DNA from: Octopus vulgaris
Taxonomy: Eukaryota
Assembly: GCA_951406725.2 (NCBI GenBank)
Contig: OX597819.1
Span: 120,094,001 to 120,158,000 of the forward strand
Reading direction: 5' to 3'
Length of the DNA stretch: 64,000 nucleotides
Under the pieces are notes generated by a model. That model saw only the letters and a program-made list of their open reading frames with translations. It had not been told where the DNA came from and ran no database searches. Positions within the stretch are counted from its first letter, which is position 1; each line of letters begins with the position of its first letter. A program made the position numbers and the translations under genes. Of this stretch, positions 1 to 13,512 are shown one piece after another.

Positions 1-299
1 TATGTATATAACTGCAAGTTATGCAAGCATACACATATATTTCCTTGCTTAAATAGGAGCCTGTGTTCGTGAGCTGAGGTGATCATTTGTTCATAATTCG
101 CAGCACATAATGATGTATGACAACATGTTGCACATCCTTCTCCTTTAATAATTCATTGCATGACATAACAACAGATAAATGTCTGAAAGTGCTTCAACGC
201 ATCCCTATATTTTTATATGCACCTATCTACGCGTTTATTTCAGGAATGTGCTTGTGTGGTGCGCGGGAAAGACCATATGCGAATGCCTATCTTTTTCGT

Positions 300-1735
<1,436 letters not shown>

Positions 1736-2039
1736 AGCAGTTGCAGCTAGAGGCTATGCCCATGCTGGGGTGCCACTATTATATATAAAAGGAAATTGCC
1801 ATCTCATTGTGTTTATTGACATATATGTATATGTCAAGTATAGAATACGCTTAGAAATGTTCAGGTATATGGAATCCAGCTCTTATCAGTTATATCAAGA
1901 TGGTTAAAATGACAAGAAGGAGTCTTTATATTTACATCATCAAAACACATTGAAAGTTTCTTAAAACACATAAAAACCTTCTTCCGTATATGTCCCTTGA
2001 AATGTTTGAATAACACTTCATAAACCGAAGATGGAAGCA

Positions 2040-2190
2040 TGGCTGCGTGGTTCAGAAACTCGCTTTGCAACCGCGTGATTTTGGGTTCAGGCTCACTCTG
2101 CGTGGAACTTTGGGAAAATGTCTCCTCCTGTAACCGTTCACCGACCAAGGCATTGTGTGTGAATTTTGTAGACAGAAATACTGTGCCCGT
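2040..2190 (+). mobile_element. Degenerate 5' half of OK-like SINE
   Basis: Diverged match to the head and core of the better copies (e.g. 12768-12920). Confidence 0.65.
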
Positions 2191-2194
2191 CCAT

Positions 2195-2227
<33 letters not shown>

Positions 2228-2540
2228 TTTATAGATTCAGCTCACAAGCTGTGGCCATGCTGGGGCACCGCCATTTTGCTGGAGGTAAGACATTATTATT
2301 GTTCACTGATATATTTTCTTATGATGTCTGTAATAGATTTGTGACTATTCAGTGGTACAGAAGTATTTTTTGATTTCTATCTTTAGCGATATAGGTACCC
2401 ATGTAGTACCCTTGTGTATATATGTACATATCTAATATTGTATGTATATATTTTATTAATTTTCCTGTAAGGCTTATCATTCGCTTACCACTCGTGATGG
2501 TATTTTAATAATACCATCTCTATATTTATATATATATATA

Positions 2541-2937
2541 CTAGCAGTATCGCCCGGCTTTGCTCGGGTTTGTATGGGAAATAACTATATAAGCATTTTT
2601 AGAGATGTAAAGTATAATAGCCATCTCAATATGGCTAACCACAAAGGGGGAGGGGTGTTACTGTAGCCTTTTACGTTCTGAGATTTAATAATAAATTTTT
2701 GGAGAGTTACTTCCCTTATATACGCCAAAAATGCATAAAAAATGGGAAACATTGATGGTAATTTTTTTTTAAATCGTAGACTCATCGTAGACGCGCGCTA
2801 ATACCCAGAAGGGCTCGATATGAATCACGACTATAAGATACCCGGTTTGGTTAAACTGCACCGCAAAATGTGGGAGTAGTTAGGAATCTAAATCGTAGGA
2901 GACAGACAGCACACAACCTCACTTTTATATATAAAGA
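2541..2937 (-). mobile_element. Non-autonomous Helitron
   Basis: Minus strand begins A|TCTTTATATATAAAA and ends CCCGAGCAAAGCCGGG hairpin + CGATACTGCTAG|T. Inserted between A and T, no TSD. Confidence 0.85.
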
Positions 2938-3151
2938 TATATATATATATATTTGAGTAGTTGAATGAATTATCTTATTAAGGATAATTCGAATTAACCG
3001 ATACCTGGGTAGCAAATTCACATCAGAAAAAACACGGTTGAAGTTACGTGCCTAGGGCATAGATTACGTGCTTTCGTGTGGAAATTTGTATGTTTATTTT
3101 TAAAATATATAAATATATGAAAGAATGGAGCTGAACGACGAATTAACAAAA

Positions 3152-3250
3152 TTCCTTTATTTTCGACATATGTTTCGAAGGCTGCATATTCCTAATTGCG
3201 AAGGAATAAGGAGTACATTATGCCGCTTTCTCATCAGGAAAAGCAAGGAA
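3152..3250 (-). ncRNA. Type I hammerhead ribozyme in PLE 3' pseudo-LTR
   Basis: Minus strand TTCCTTGCTTTTC-CTGATGA-(stem II gaaagcggcata/tatgcagccttc)-GAAAC-ATAT-GTC-GAAAATAAAGGAA: intact core, palindromic stem III, interrupted 11-bp stem I. Confidence 0.9.
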
Positions 3251-3843
3251 CTTATGTCGACATCAAAATGCACAAAAAACTTTTAGATGATTGCTCACAC
3301 GGAGCCCATAGCGAAAATGAGTGTCTCTTTAAAATATTCCTTTATAAGGAGTGACGTCAAAGTGGTTGAATTTAGAAGAATCTAGAAGGTTCTAAAGGTT
3401 CAAGGGTTCAAACGAAGTTGGAGGAGAGAGGCATAAGAATAGGAAGGTGAAAGGGTGCAGGTCATATGAATGGTGGATTTTGTTAATTTCTTTTGTGAAT
3501 GAGTGCCTGTGTGTATGACTGTATATAACTGCATGAATGTGTGTGTGTGTACGTGTATGCGTGAATGAGTATGTGGATGGGTAGATGTCAGAAAACAGAC
3601 AGTGGTGAGGTGAGAGGTTTGTGTCTGTGTGTTTGATTGTGCTTACTATAAAAAGAGGGAAATAGAGAGAGAAAGAGAGAGAAAGATGAGGGCGAGGTAG
3701 AGGGACTAAGGCAACACATACCTCACTGGATTGGGTAGTAGTTCTTTGAAAGTATTAAAAAAAAACTTTTGACTATGGGGGTGACATATATAAAAAAAAG
3801 AAGTTATATTAATTAAAATTCAAGGGGTTATCTATATTAATCA

Positions 3844-6471
3844 TTATTCATATGAGTAAAAGGTGTGTTTTTGCCAGTGCATGCACCTGTAGGACCTCTC
3901 GCCGATTGTATTTATTAAAGGGAATTTGGCGAACAAAATATGAAAAAGTTCGGAATTACAGATGCCACAAAGTTTCCTGCCCTTATCAAACGGAAAGGAC
4001 ACCGACAATATGGACCATTCGAGCTTGAAAGTTGTATTGCTGTCCTTCAGACGCCAAACTAATTTACTTAGTCCCGTGCTGTGTTGTTTTCTCTTATCTC
4101 GGAAAGTTGAAAAATTATTAGAGATCCTTTGGGCTAATTTAGAAGTTGCTCCAATGTAGAAGACATCGGTTCCAGAAGAAATATTGCACTGGTAATTTTG
4201 GAATTTTTGGATAAGAACTTTAATCTGTTAGGGTTAACTTCTGATACTAAGACAGAGTTTTTATTGTTATGATAGGTGTAAATATTGTTGCTAGCATTGA
4301 CCATGATACTATTCATCTTATTATCATTACTACTAATTGTAATATCGTCGGCAATTTCTCTGACTATAGGAATGCTGTGATTATTATCATCAATAATACA
4401 ACTGTTATTAGAAATGCTGTTACTATTACAACTAACACCACCACTGTTAATAATCCGGCTAATGTTATTATTATTATTACTATTGTTAACGCCAATGCTG
4501 CTACGAATGTTGCTAATATCAATACTATTTCTATTATTATTATTATTATTATTGTATGTTAGGTTGGAATTGGTAAGGGCAGTGTCACTACTCCTGGGTG
4601 ATGAGTCCTTATTTAGCAGTTTATTATTATGGGAGGTAATTATCTGCGATAGATTTCTAGTGTTGGAGAATGCAATCCTCACCTTATGCGAATTGATTGT
4701 AGAGTAATACCTAGAATTCCTGGGAAAGTTCCTAGCTACGGCTTCACGGAACTGTAAAGGGAGGTTAGACCTGATTTGTTTCCCGAAAGGAATGACAAAC
4801 CAGATATAGTTTTTTTTTACTTAGAATGGCTCAGAGTGTTAACATTTACATTAAAGGGAGTATTTCTGTGTTGTAGAATTGGTGTTGGTTTTCGATTGCC
4901 TCCCCTGGTCCGTAAATTATTTTTGTTAATTATATTAGTGTCGGCGTTGCTAGAGCTGAAATCATTAATTACATAATTTCTATTGTTATTAGTTTTCTTA
5001 TCCTGAGAAGCAAATATTAGTTTAAAATGGGCCGGGTCGATATATGATACCTTATCCCTATAACTTCGCTTTTGACAAGGCGGCATTATAAAATTCCGCT
5101 TTTTGTTTAAAAATGTCGACATTCGCAGATAAATTTGATAGTCTTAAGGATATATTTTTAACTAAATTATCGGTGATAGTTTTTGCATGGTTACTGAAAA
5201 TGCTGATATATTTAAGGTTAGTAGAAGGCTTATGGTAAGGGAAGTAAGAATTGTTATGGAGATTTAGGGTAACATCTAAGAAGTTGGCTTTAGTTAGTTC
5301 GTCGTCGAAAACTATGCTCATGCCCATTCTGCTAAAAAATCTAGCTAATCTATTTTTAGTCTTCTGTATCATACTGTTCGGAGCATTCTGTAGGTAAAAT
5401 AGACAATCGTCTCGATACAGACCGCCGCAGATGTCCGGGAATTGGTCAGCTAATTCATAGAGAATATAGATTCCGACCAAATCGGCTATCTGGGCGCTGT
5501 CTGAGCTTCCCATTGGCACATCGAACGCGTTGGGGGTACCCTTACGGACCCATAACTTATTATCGAACTGTATGAAGGATTTTCTAGCCGCTAAAATTAT
5601 ATTAATTTCCTCCCTTGAGAGGCCTGTTTTATTATGTGCGTGCCATAGGGCCTTATTGAGTACACTAGGGTTGATCGAAAGGTATAAACTAGAAATATCG
5701 AATTGAATGAATTTTGTGCTGTTTTTATTAGAAATAGAAGAAAACCACTCTACGACTTGAGTGGAGTTAGACCATATGTTGAGTTTTAACTTATTGATTA
5801 ATATAGGTATGTCTTTATCTAAAATGTACTTACTAATGGAACCGATGTCGGAACTAGAGGGGCATATGAGCCTTAATGCTGGATTGGTGTGAAAGTTTGG
5901 TTTATGGTCCTTGACGATGAATCTTGGTTGTCTTGGGTTCAGCGGTTGTGTTTTCATTTGTAATCCATACGTTTCCATGATTTTTTTAATTTCCAAGTTG
6001 GCTTATCTAAGTGTATTCTTATTTGTTGTTCTGTAATTCTTCTGTATTTCTTTCTTGAGCATTTCTAAATACTGTTTTTTGCTAGCTTATATGTGTTCCT
6101 GGTTTTATCTGATTGGACCAGGATAGCGTCTAAACTGTTTATATCTTTGGTGAATTTGTTGAGGTATCTAAGGTGTTTATTCCTAAGGGGCGATTTACGG
6201 AATTTAATGCTCCTTACAATGTCCCACAGGTCGTCCTCAAATTTCTTCAGTCGGGATTAGGTGGAGGGGTTTCCCTCGACTTGAATAACTTCTTATATTC
6301 GGAAGATGCTTCGGTACCGTTCTGTTTTATGTCCTCATTATCATGGAAGAAAGCGAGCCATCTAATTCGGTTGATGAATGCATTTGTTTTGTTAACAATT
6401 TCCTTAAGGAAGGGTTCTTTTGGTGGTATTGGTATGTCCTTAAGGGATACGTTAATCTCGAACAACTCCAT
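3844..6471 (-). pseudogene. Frameshifted PLE polyprotein: N-terminal domain, reverse transcriptase, thumb, GIY-YIG endonuclease
   Basis: Manual joining of frames gives SLKDIPIP..FINRIRWLAFF, DKTRNTY, FIQFDISSLY, FDVPMGSSDSAQIADLVGIYIL, GLYRDD, NFLDVTLNL, NYIWFVIPF, RIAFSNTRNLSQIITSHN, then YQCNISSGTDVFYIGAT..QR..STFR..STGLSKLVWRLK..WSIL..CGIC..E..N..E..CMH, stop TAA at 3844-3846. Several frameshifts/stops (about 6247, 6010, 5060, 4817, 4195). Confidence 0.92.
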
Positions 6472-6698
6472 TTGCGGTATCGGTTAAGGTAGCAGGATCT
6501 GAAGGAGGCTGTATATGAATATTTGAGTAGTTGAATTATCTTATTAAGGATAATTAGAACCTTCTAGATTCTTCTAAATTCAACCACTTTGACGTCACTC
6601 CTTATAAATGAATATTTTAAAGAGATACTCATTTTCGCTATGGGCTCCGTGTGAGCAATCATCTAAACGTTTTTTGTGCATTTTGATGTCGACATAAG

Positions 6699-6797
6699 TT
6701 CCTTGCTTTTCCTGATGAGAAAACGGCATAATGTACTCCTTATTCCTTCGCAATTAGGAATATGCAGCCTTCGAAACATATGTCGAAAATAAAGGAA
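6699..6797 (+). ncRNA. Type I hammerhead ribozyme, inverted copy of 3152-3250
   Basis: CTGATGA 6712-6718, GAAAC 6773-6777, GTC 6782-6784; stem I ttcctt..ttttc / gaaaa..aaggaa. Confidence 0.9.
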
Positions 6798-6851
6798 TTT
6801 TGTTAATTCGTCGTTCAGCTCCATTCTTTCATATATTTATATATTTTTAAA

Positions 6852-6941
<90 letters not shown>

Positions 6942-7179
6942 ATATATAAACATATATACATATATATATATATATTTACATATTTATTTATATATTATTT
7001 ATTTAACGTGTTGCCAGTCTACGTTTCACCTCTAATTACACACGGAATACTCTTTCATCCGACAGTTAACATGTGTGTTTGTACGTGTGTCTCTGTGCAT
7101 ATATATATATATATGCAGCCGCACATATACACTCACATATATATGTATGATTTGTATTGCGATATGCATGTATTTGGAG

Positions 7180-7978
7180 TGTAGTGTCGCACAGACGCGC
7201 CATATTGAGTGAGTGACGCGTCATATTGAGATCTCGCTGGCAGCAATTAGCTTCTCGAGACCGGAGCGAGATCTCACAAACTTCCGGCGGGCATGAGCAA
7301 CAAAACAGTAAGCCTTTCCGGAAGGACAACTATATAAGACAGCTCTTGAGCTTGTTCACACTCTGTTCCCCGCGCGCCTCTCACGCTAGAAGCAGCTCGT
7401 CTCATTAGCAACAACACGCTGCCTCTCACACACAACACGGCGAAGGATACACCACGCTAGAGATGGTTAACGAGAGCCAAACTTCGAGCCTATAAATAAA
7501 TGTTATTCGGATTTGTTATCTCACTAAATCTTCGACTTGATAATTCGTTTGACTGGATTTAAATTTATAATCTCTCTCTATATAAACGGCAGTTTGTCTG
7601 TGCGTGTTTCTGTGTGTCTGTTTGCTTGTACCCTCACCCTGACCACGGCTTTCAACCGATTCTGATGAAACTTGACACACACATAGCCCAATGTCATAAT
7701 TCAAAACTAACGCAGCGAAAATTTTGAAAAGTTCCTCCAGTTCTGAAAAAAATCGATAAATTCGACATGGGGTCGAGAATTAGAAACCCAAACCACAGAC
7801 CGTCTAGGGGACGCAACTCCACCTTTTTTAACTTTCAAAAAAAATTTACCATCATTTTTTTTCCATTTTTTTGCTATTTTTTGGCTATAACTCTCTAAAA
7901 ATGCTTTATAGTTATTTCCCTTACAAACCTGAGCAACGCCGGGCGATACTGCTAGTGGAAGATAAAAGAGACCCTACG
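7180..7978 (+). mobile_element. Probable solo LTR interrupted by a Helitron
   Basis: CpG-rich block starting TGTAG and ending CTAC; TATATAA at 7331, AATAAA at 7495; GAGT on both sides. Confidence 0.55.
7571..7955 (+). mobile_element. Non-autonomous Helitron nested in solo LTR
   Basis: A|TCTCTCTCTATATAAA start; CCTGAGCAACGCCGGG hairpin + CGATACTGCTAG|T end; 3' region shared with 2541-2937. Confidence 0.87.
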
Positions 7979-8439
7979 AGTATCTCGGCCAACAATGGCC
8001 TCCCGTTATAGGAGATATGCAACTTATAAACTATGAGACGTTAAAAATTAACCCATATGTGCCTACGCATGCACAAACTTGTTCATTGAAAAATATCGTT
8101 TCGCATGTAAGTAGGTTTTATACTTATAGGTTCAATCCTGTTGCATTGCACTGTGAGAAGATGTCTTCTTTTTAGTTCCTACTTGAGCTTATCAATCGAT
8201 TTGTGTAGCGGTATTTAGAAGTTTAATATAAATGTTCTGTCAGATTTTGATATGACTATAGAAAAACATAATATTGGTGATTATAGACGTATTTAATCAA
8301 AATTACATTAACAAGTCATTTTTATAATCTTATTAAGTCTGTCAATAAGTTTTTGTGTGTCACTTATGTTTTGACCTAAGTTAGAGATTAACACATTTTT
8401 GACAGTTTCTTCGAGTTTGTCTAGATCTATCAAAATACT

Positions 8440-8620
8440 TTTGTAAACGCCTATACAAGTGATTTAATTGATGAATTTCGGCAGGGAATATTGTTAGGTA
8501 GTTTGAGCGTCAGACAAAGAACAGAAATTGCGATTTTATCGTTATTTATTAAAGTTAAAGAAACTTTTAAATAGTCTTGTAGATATATAGTGGTATCTAT
8601 AATTACTGATGGAAATATTT
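8440..8620 (+). pseudogene. Possible highly decayed hAT (Charlie/SPIN-like) transposase fragment
   Basis: Translation DLIDEF..LLGSLSVRQRT..LFIKVKETFK*..VVSIITDG resembles the hAT region around the catalytic TDG motif. Weak. Confidence 0.3.
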
Positions 8621-9625
8621 CTTATTTTATGACATTAATATGTTGGGTTAAAATCGCTTTAAATAGAAAATTTTGAAGGCTGCCCATGAGGGCGGGTGGA
8701 CACACACTACTGTAAACAAGATAGACGTTGTGTAAACAATCATATCATTTACTATCTCGAAAAGGTGGGATTTTTATTCTTAAGATTAGAAATTTCCCAA
8801 TTTGTTTCATTCAAAGTCTGTGGCCAATCTTACGTTTTGAAAATTTTTCACTAGTTCAAATTTGCCTTACATCTTCACGATTATAATCAAATAATATATT
8901 AGTTTATGGAAGTGAAAGTAAACTGATTAAAAAAAAATTGCAGCATCGAACATGATAGCCTGCGGTACTTTTCCGACTTTTAGGTTTCTCAGTTAATGGC
9001 AGTTAGATTTCATTCAACACCATTATCTGGCAGTAGAGCAGTCCAGTGAGTTGCTATCATCCAGGATTGGCCTCATGTTGAGGATTTGGTGCAGTAAGTA
9101 TGTATGTGGATGTACGAATTGCAGTAAGGTCACTTAAATGAATTCAAGATGGATAATAATAAACGAATTCAGAGACGAATTACGATAGGCCACAGCAGAA
9201 AGTTGATAGAGCAAAATGGTGAAACATTTCAATTGTCATAACATTATATATATTTAAGTGTTCATCAAAATGTAGAATAGAGTTTAAAGAAAAACCTGAA
9301 ATACAGTATCACAGTAATTCTGGTTACTTTTATTCAAAGGTTGATAGAACGCTAGACATAGCGTCAAGGATTCTAGCTTGAAATCTGTTCAAACCGAAAA
9401 TTGCAAATTAAAATCAAAATTGTTTTCATGTCAAGGTCTGTGGTCGTTCGTAGCAAAATTTTCATCTCTGGGAACTTAATAAATTAGAACTTCCCATTTT
9501 ATATATGAGGAACAGATGCTAGGCTAGTCCATCACGTTAAAGATATGAGCGGTCCAAGTAAAACAAAATGGATCCGACCATCATGTGTTGAACTAAAATG
9601 GGCAGTCAAAAGTAAAAAGCTACAA

Positions 9626-10023
9626 TGTGTGGTAAGTAGCTTGCTTACCAACCACATGGTTCCGGGTTCAGTCCCACTGCGTGGCATCTTTGGGCAAGTG
9701 TCTTCTGCTATAGCCCCGGGCCGACCAATGCCTTGTGAGTGGATTTGGTGGACGGAAACTGAAAGAAACCTGTCGTATATATGTATATATTTATATATGT
9801 GTGTGTGTATATGTTTGTGTGTCTGTTTGTCCCCCTAGCATTGCTTGACAACCGATGCTAGTGTATTTACATCCCCGTAACTTAGCGGTTCGGCAAAAGA
9901 CACCGATAGAATAAGTACTGGGCTTACAAAGAATAAGTCCCGGGGTCGATTTGCTCGACTTAAGGCGGTGCTTCAGCATGGCCGCAGTCAAATGACTGAA
10001 ACAAGTAAAAGAGTAAAAGAGTA
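9626..10023 (+). mobile_element. tRNA-derived SINE, octopus OK-like (internal microsatellite, CR1-type tail)
   Basis: A/B-box-like TGTGTGGTAAG..GGGTTCAGTCCC, core TTGGGCAAGTGTCTTCT, internal (TA/TG)n, tail GGCGGTG..CAGCATGGCCGCAGTCAAATGACTGAAAC(AAGAGTAA)n. More than 10 copies in the window. Confidence 0.88.
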
Positions 10024-10767
10024 ATGTGGGCAGCTAAAGTTCACAAGTGTTCATACTGCCGCTACAAGGATTTTATTTTGCCTTTTTTTGCTTAGTTTCG
10101 ACGGCCATTATGCATGAATAAGGTCAGTGACATAATTTTCCCCATACAAGTCTCTCTTAGTTTTGCGATGGTATAGCTTGACTTATGGCGCAATATTACA
10201 TTTTTTCTCCTCGCTAACGACGAGCATTGTTTGTCCAAAAGTGTATTGAATTTATATAGTTGTAGCAGTAAAAAGACGTGCAATTGTCTTATTGTTCAAC
10301 AGTTCATAATCCCCGATATCTTACATATCTACCATACACGCTACGTGATCTTCTTTGAATAGCAAATCTTTATGAAGTGAGTTACCTCAATCATTATGAC
10401 TAAGATATTAACTACGGCTCATGGGTTTATGCTAAAGAACTCATTTCGCTTTCTGACAACAACATCCAAATAAGAGACCCGGCGTGAAAACAATAATTAA
10501 CAATAATTGAATGCACTTACCAATTCTCACTCATAATCCCTTAAGGTCTCTTTTCCAATATTTTATACTTTCTCCTTGAAATGACTCCTAATATATTTAC
10601 ACGAAATGGAACCAAGTCACTTGGATGACACGTACTCTTCTGATAATGGGCCCAACTTTTGAAAAGGGAAGCAAATCACAACAAATCCGCTCAGAATTAT
10701 TCTATGGTTAGAACTATTTTGTACGTAGGCTTGACACTCTTATTCGAAGCATGCTTTTGGATTATGT

Positions 10768-11312
10768 TCTAAGTTCAAATTCCACCGTGGTCGACTTTGA
10801 CTTTCATCCTTTTGGGGTCGATAAATTAAGTACCAGTTACGTAATGGGGTCGATATAATTGACTTAATCCATTTGTCTGTTCTTGTTTGTCCCCTCTATG
10901 TTTAGCTCCTTGTGGGCAATAAGGAAATAAGAAATGGTAGCACGCCGGGCGAAATGCTTAGCGGTATTTCGTCTGCTGTTACGTTCTAAGTTCAAATTCC
11001 GCCGAGGTCGACTTTGCCATTCATCCTTTCGGGGTCGATAAATTAAGTACCAGTTACGCACTGGGGTCGATAGAATCGACTTAATCCGTTTGTCTGTCCT
11101 TGTTTGTCCTCTCTGCGTTTAGCCCCTTGTGGGTAGTAAAGAAATAGGTATTTCCTCTGTCTTTATGTTCTGAGTTCAAATTCCACCGAGGTCGACTTTG
11201 CCTTTCATTCTTTTGGGGTCGATAAACTAAATACCAGTTGTGCACTGTGGTCGATCTAATCGACTGGCCCACCTCCACAAATAATTCAGGCCTTGTGCCT
11301 AGAGTAGAAAGA
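10768..11312 (+). mobile_element. Head-to-tail array (3 units) of MetaSINE-like element
   Basis: Repeated GTTCAAATTCC.CCGAGGTCGACTTTGCCTTTCATCCTTTCGGGGTCGATAAATTAAGTACCAG module. Confidence 0.85.
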
Positions 11313-12119
11313 AAATATTTGTCCTCTTCTGAAATCATATAGGTAGTGCACTGTAACTTAATTAAATACAAGTATCTACAAACCAGAAAAACAAACGTTC
11401 TATGTTAAAGAATACGAGAAATTGTTGATGCACTCAAACATATACAGACTAAAACAATTTTAAATTTGTCATAGTGCCAATCGAACAAAAAAATAGTTAA
11501 ATAAAATGCGGTGTTTCTCTCGTATTGCCCGACAGGTGTATTTAATATTGCACACATAGGAATATTAAATAATATTTTAAAATTTATTCTCTGTTTGTAT
11601 GTTTCCTTGAGTAGGTGTGAATGTATGTATGAGCTTGTGTGTGCGGGGCGTATTTATTTGTGAATCTATCTATCAATGTTTTGTGTCAATGCGTGTGTTT
11701 TATATATTTTTGCCAGTGCTTTTGTTGCTGATATCAATGTGTGCATTTGTGTGTTGCTTATGTGTGAGCCTTTGTATGCGCAGGGCCGATGACTGTTGGT
11801 GGCTGGTTGAATGTAATATATTGTATCTGTGCGTGCGTTCGTTTTCCTGCCAAGGTCTATTTGTGTATGGTGTTCTTTGTGTGGCTTTGTCTATCTGCAT
11901 GTGATTCTGCATGCATGTGTTTGTGTGCTTTGATTTATTAGTGTGTGTGTGTATGTGTGCTTGTTATGTTTTGATTTTTGTGTGTATATTATATATATAT
12001 ATATGTACGTTCGTGTGTGTGTATATATGTGAGCTCGTACGTGTATGCCTGTCGTTGTTTCTGCTAGTTTATATACGTATTTATAGAAGTGCATGCCTAT
12101 GTCCCTCTACGCATGTATA

Positions 12120-12600
12120 AGAGCGGTTGTGTATGGTAAGACACTTGCCTTCCAACCCCATGGTACCGGGTTTCGACCCATTCCGTGAAAACTTGGGCAG
12201 GTCTCTTATACTATAGCTACGGTCGACCAAAACCCTGTGAGTGGACTTTGTATATGGAAATGAAAGAATCTCGTCGTATATACATGTATATATATATAAA
12301 TCCTTAAATCCTTAAAAATGTTTTAGCCCGAAGGCCGCGGCCATGCTGGGGCACCATATATATATATGTGTGTGTGTGTGTATCTTTGTGTGTGAGTTTT
12401 TTTGGCGATGTTTGTCCTCCCTTCATCGATTGACAACCGGTAGCGGTGTGTTTGCCTCCCCCTAACTTAGCTGTTCCACAAATGTGACCAATAGAATAAG
12501 AACTAAGCTTTAAAACGCATCATGGAGTCGATTTCTTCGACTAAAACACTTGAAGGCGGTGCTCCAGCATAGACGCAGTCAAGTGAATGAAACAAGAAAA
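12120..12600 (+). mobile_element. Diverged OK-like SINE with a nested antisense LINE tail (12297-12356)
   Basis: Head, core and tail recognisable; internal microsatellite contains inverted GGTGCCCCAGCATGGCCGCGGCCTTCGGGCTAAAAC(TTTAAGGA)n. Confidence 0.75.
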
Positions 12601-12767
12601 GGAATGTGGGAAAAAGAAATATGTGTATGTATGTATGTATGTATGTATGTATGTATGTATGTATGTATGTATGTATGTATGTATGTATGTATGTATGTAT
12701 ATGCGTACGTATACATTTATATGTATGCATTTATATGAATTTATATATCCATTTATATGCATGATAT

Positions 12768-13150
12768 AGGCACAGGAGTGGCTGTGTGGTAAGTATATGG
12801 CTAGTAAGTAGCTTGCTTACCAAACACATTCCGGGCAAGTGTCTTCTACTATAACCTCGGGCCGACCAAAGCCTTGTGAGTGGATTTGGTAGATGGAAAC
12901 AGAAAGAAGCCCGCCGTAATATGTATATACGTGTGTGTGTGTGTGTGTGTGTTTGTCCCCCCAACATAGTTCGAAAACCGATGCTGGTGTGTTTACGTCC
13001 ACGTAACTTAGCGGTTCGGCAAAAGGGGCCGATAGAGCAAATACTAGGCTAGGAAAGAATAAGTCCGGGGGTCGATTTGCTCGAGTAAAGGCGGTACTCC
13101 AGCATGGCCGCAGTCAAAATGACTGACACAAGTAAAAGAGTAAAAGAGTA
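12768..13150 (+). mobile_element. OK-like SINE
   Basis: Colinear with 9626-10023, with a small internal deletion. Confidence 0.88.
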
Positions 13151-13512
13151 TGTATACTTGTTTCCTTCTGCTTGCGAATATATGCAGTTATATCTATGTA
13201 TGCTGTGCATGATGTGTTTGCGATTTTATATGCTATGTTTATGTGGTGCGAATATGTATTATTTTGTAGGGAGAATGTGCTGAAGTTTGAGTATCGTATG
13301 TTGGTGAATACTTAACTGTGCATACGTGACTTGAAAAAGAAGGACTCCAACCACCAGCCATCTTTCAACCCCGTAGACAAAAGAAACACCCTCAAGCTAG
13401 CACCCATTTGTAGAACCTGAGGGATAGATATATTTGAAAACATTTGAACCACACAACACTTATGGTAAACAAACTGGCATTATTTTACTATGGGCGCTGA
13501 TATTCAGAGAAC

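Larger units (their letters stand above)
2949..6854 (-). mobile_element. Penelope-like retroelement, Naiad-type, near full length, with partial-tandem and inverted pseudo-LTR
   Basis: RT and GIY-YIG coding remnants. Direct repeat ATATTTGAGTAGTTGAAT..TATCTTATTAAGGATAATT at 2949-2989 and 6519-6555. 3095-3395 is present inverted at 6554-6854. HHR in both copies. Both flanks are (TA)n. Confidence 0.93.

Noticed and set aside
6247-6249. In-frame TGA in a Naiad-type ORF (some Naiads encode selenoproteins)
   Set aside because: Homology continues in another frame (LKKFEDDLW), so it is a 1-nt frameshift. The GIY-YIG cysteines are TGY codons and no SECIS was recognised.
8985-9100. Candidate exon ending in GTAAGT
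   Set aside because: Stop codons in all plus frames.
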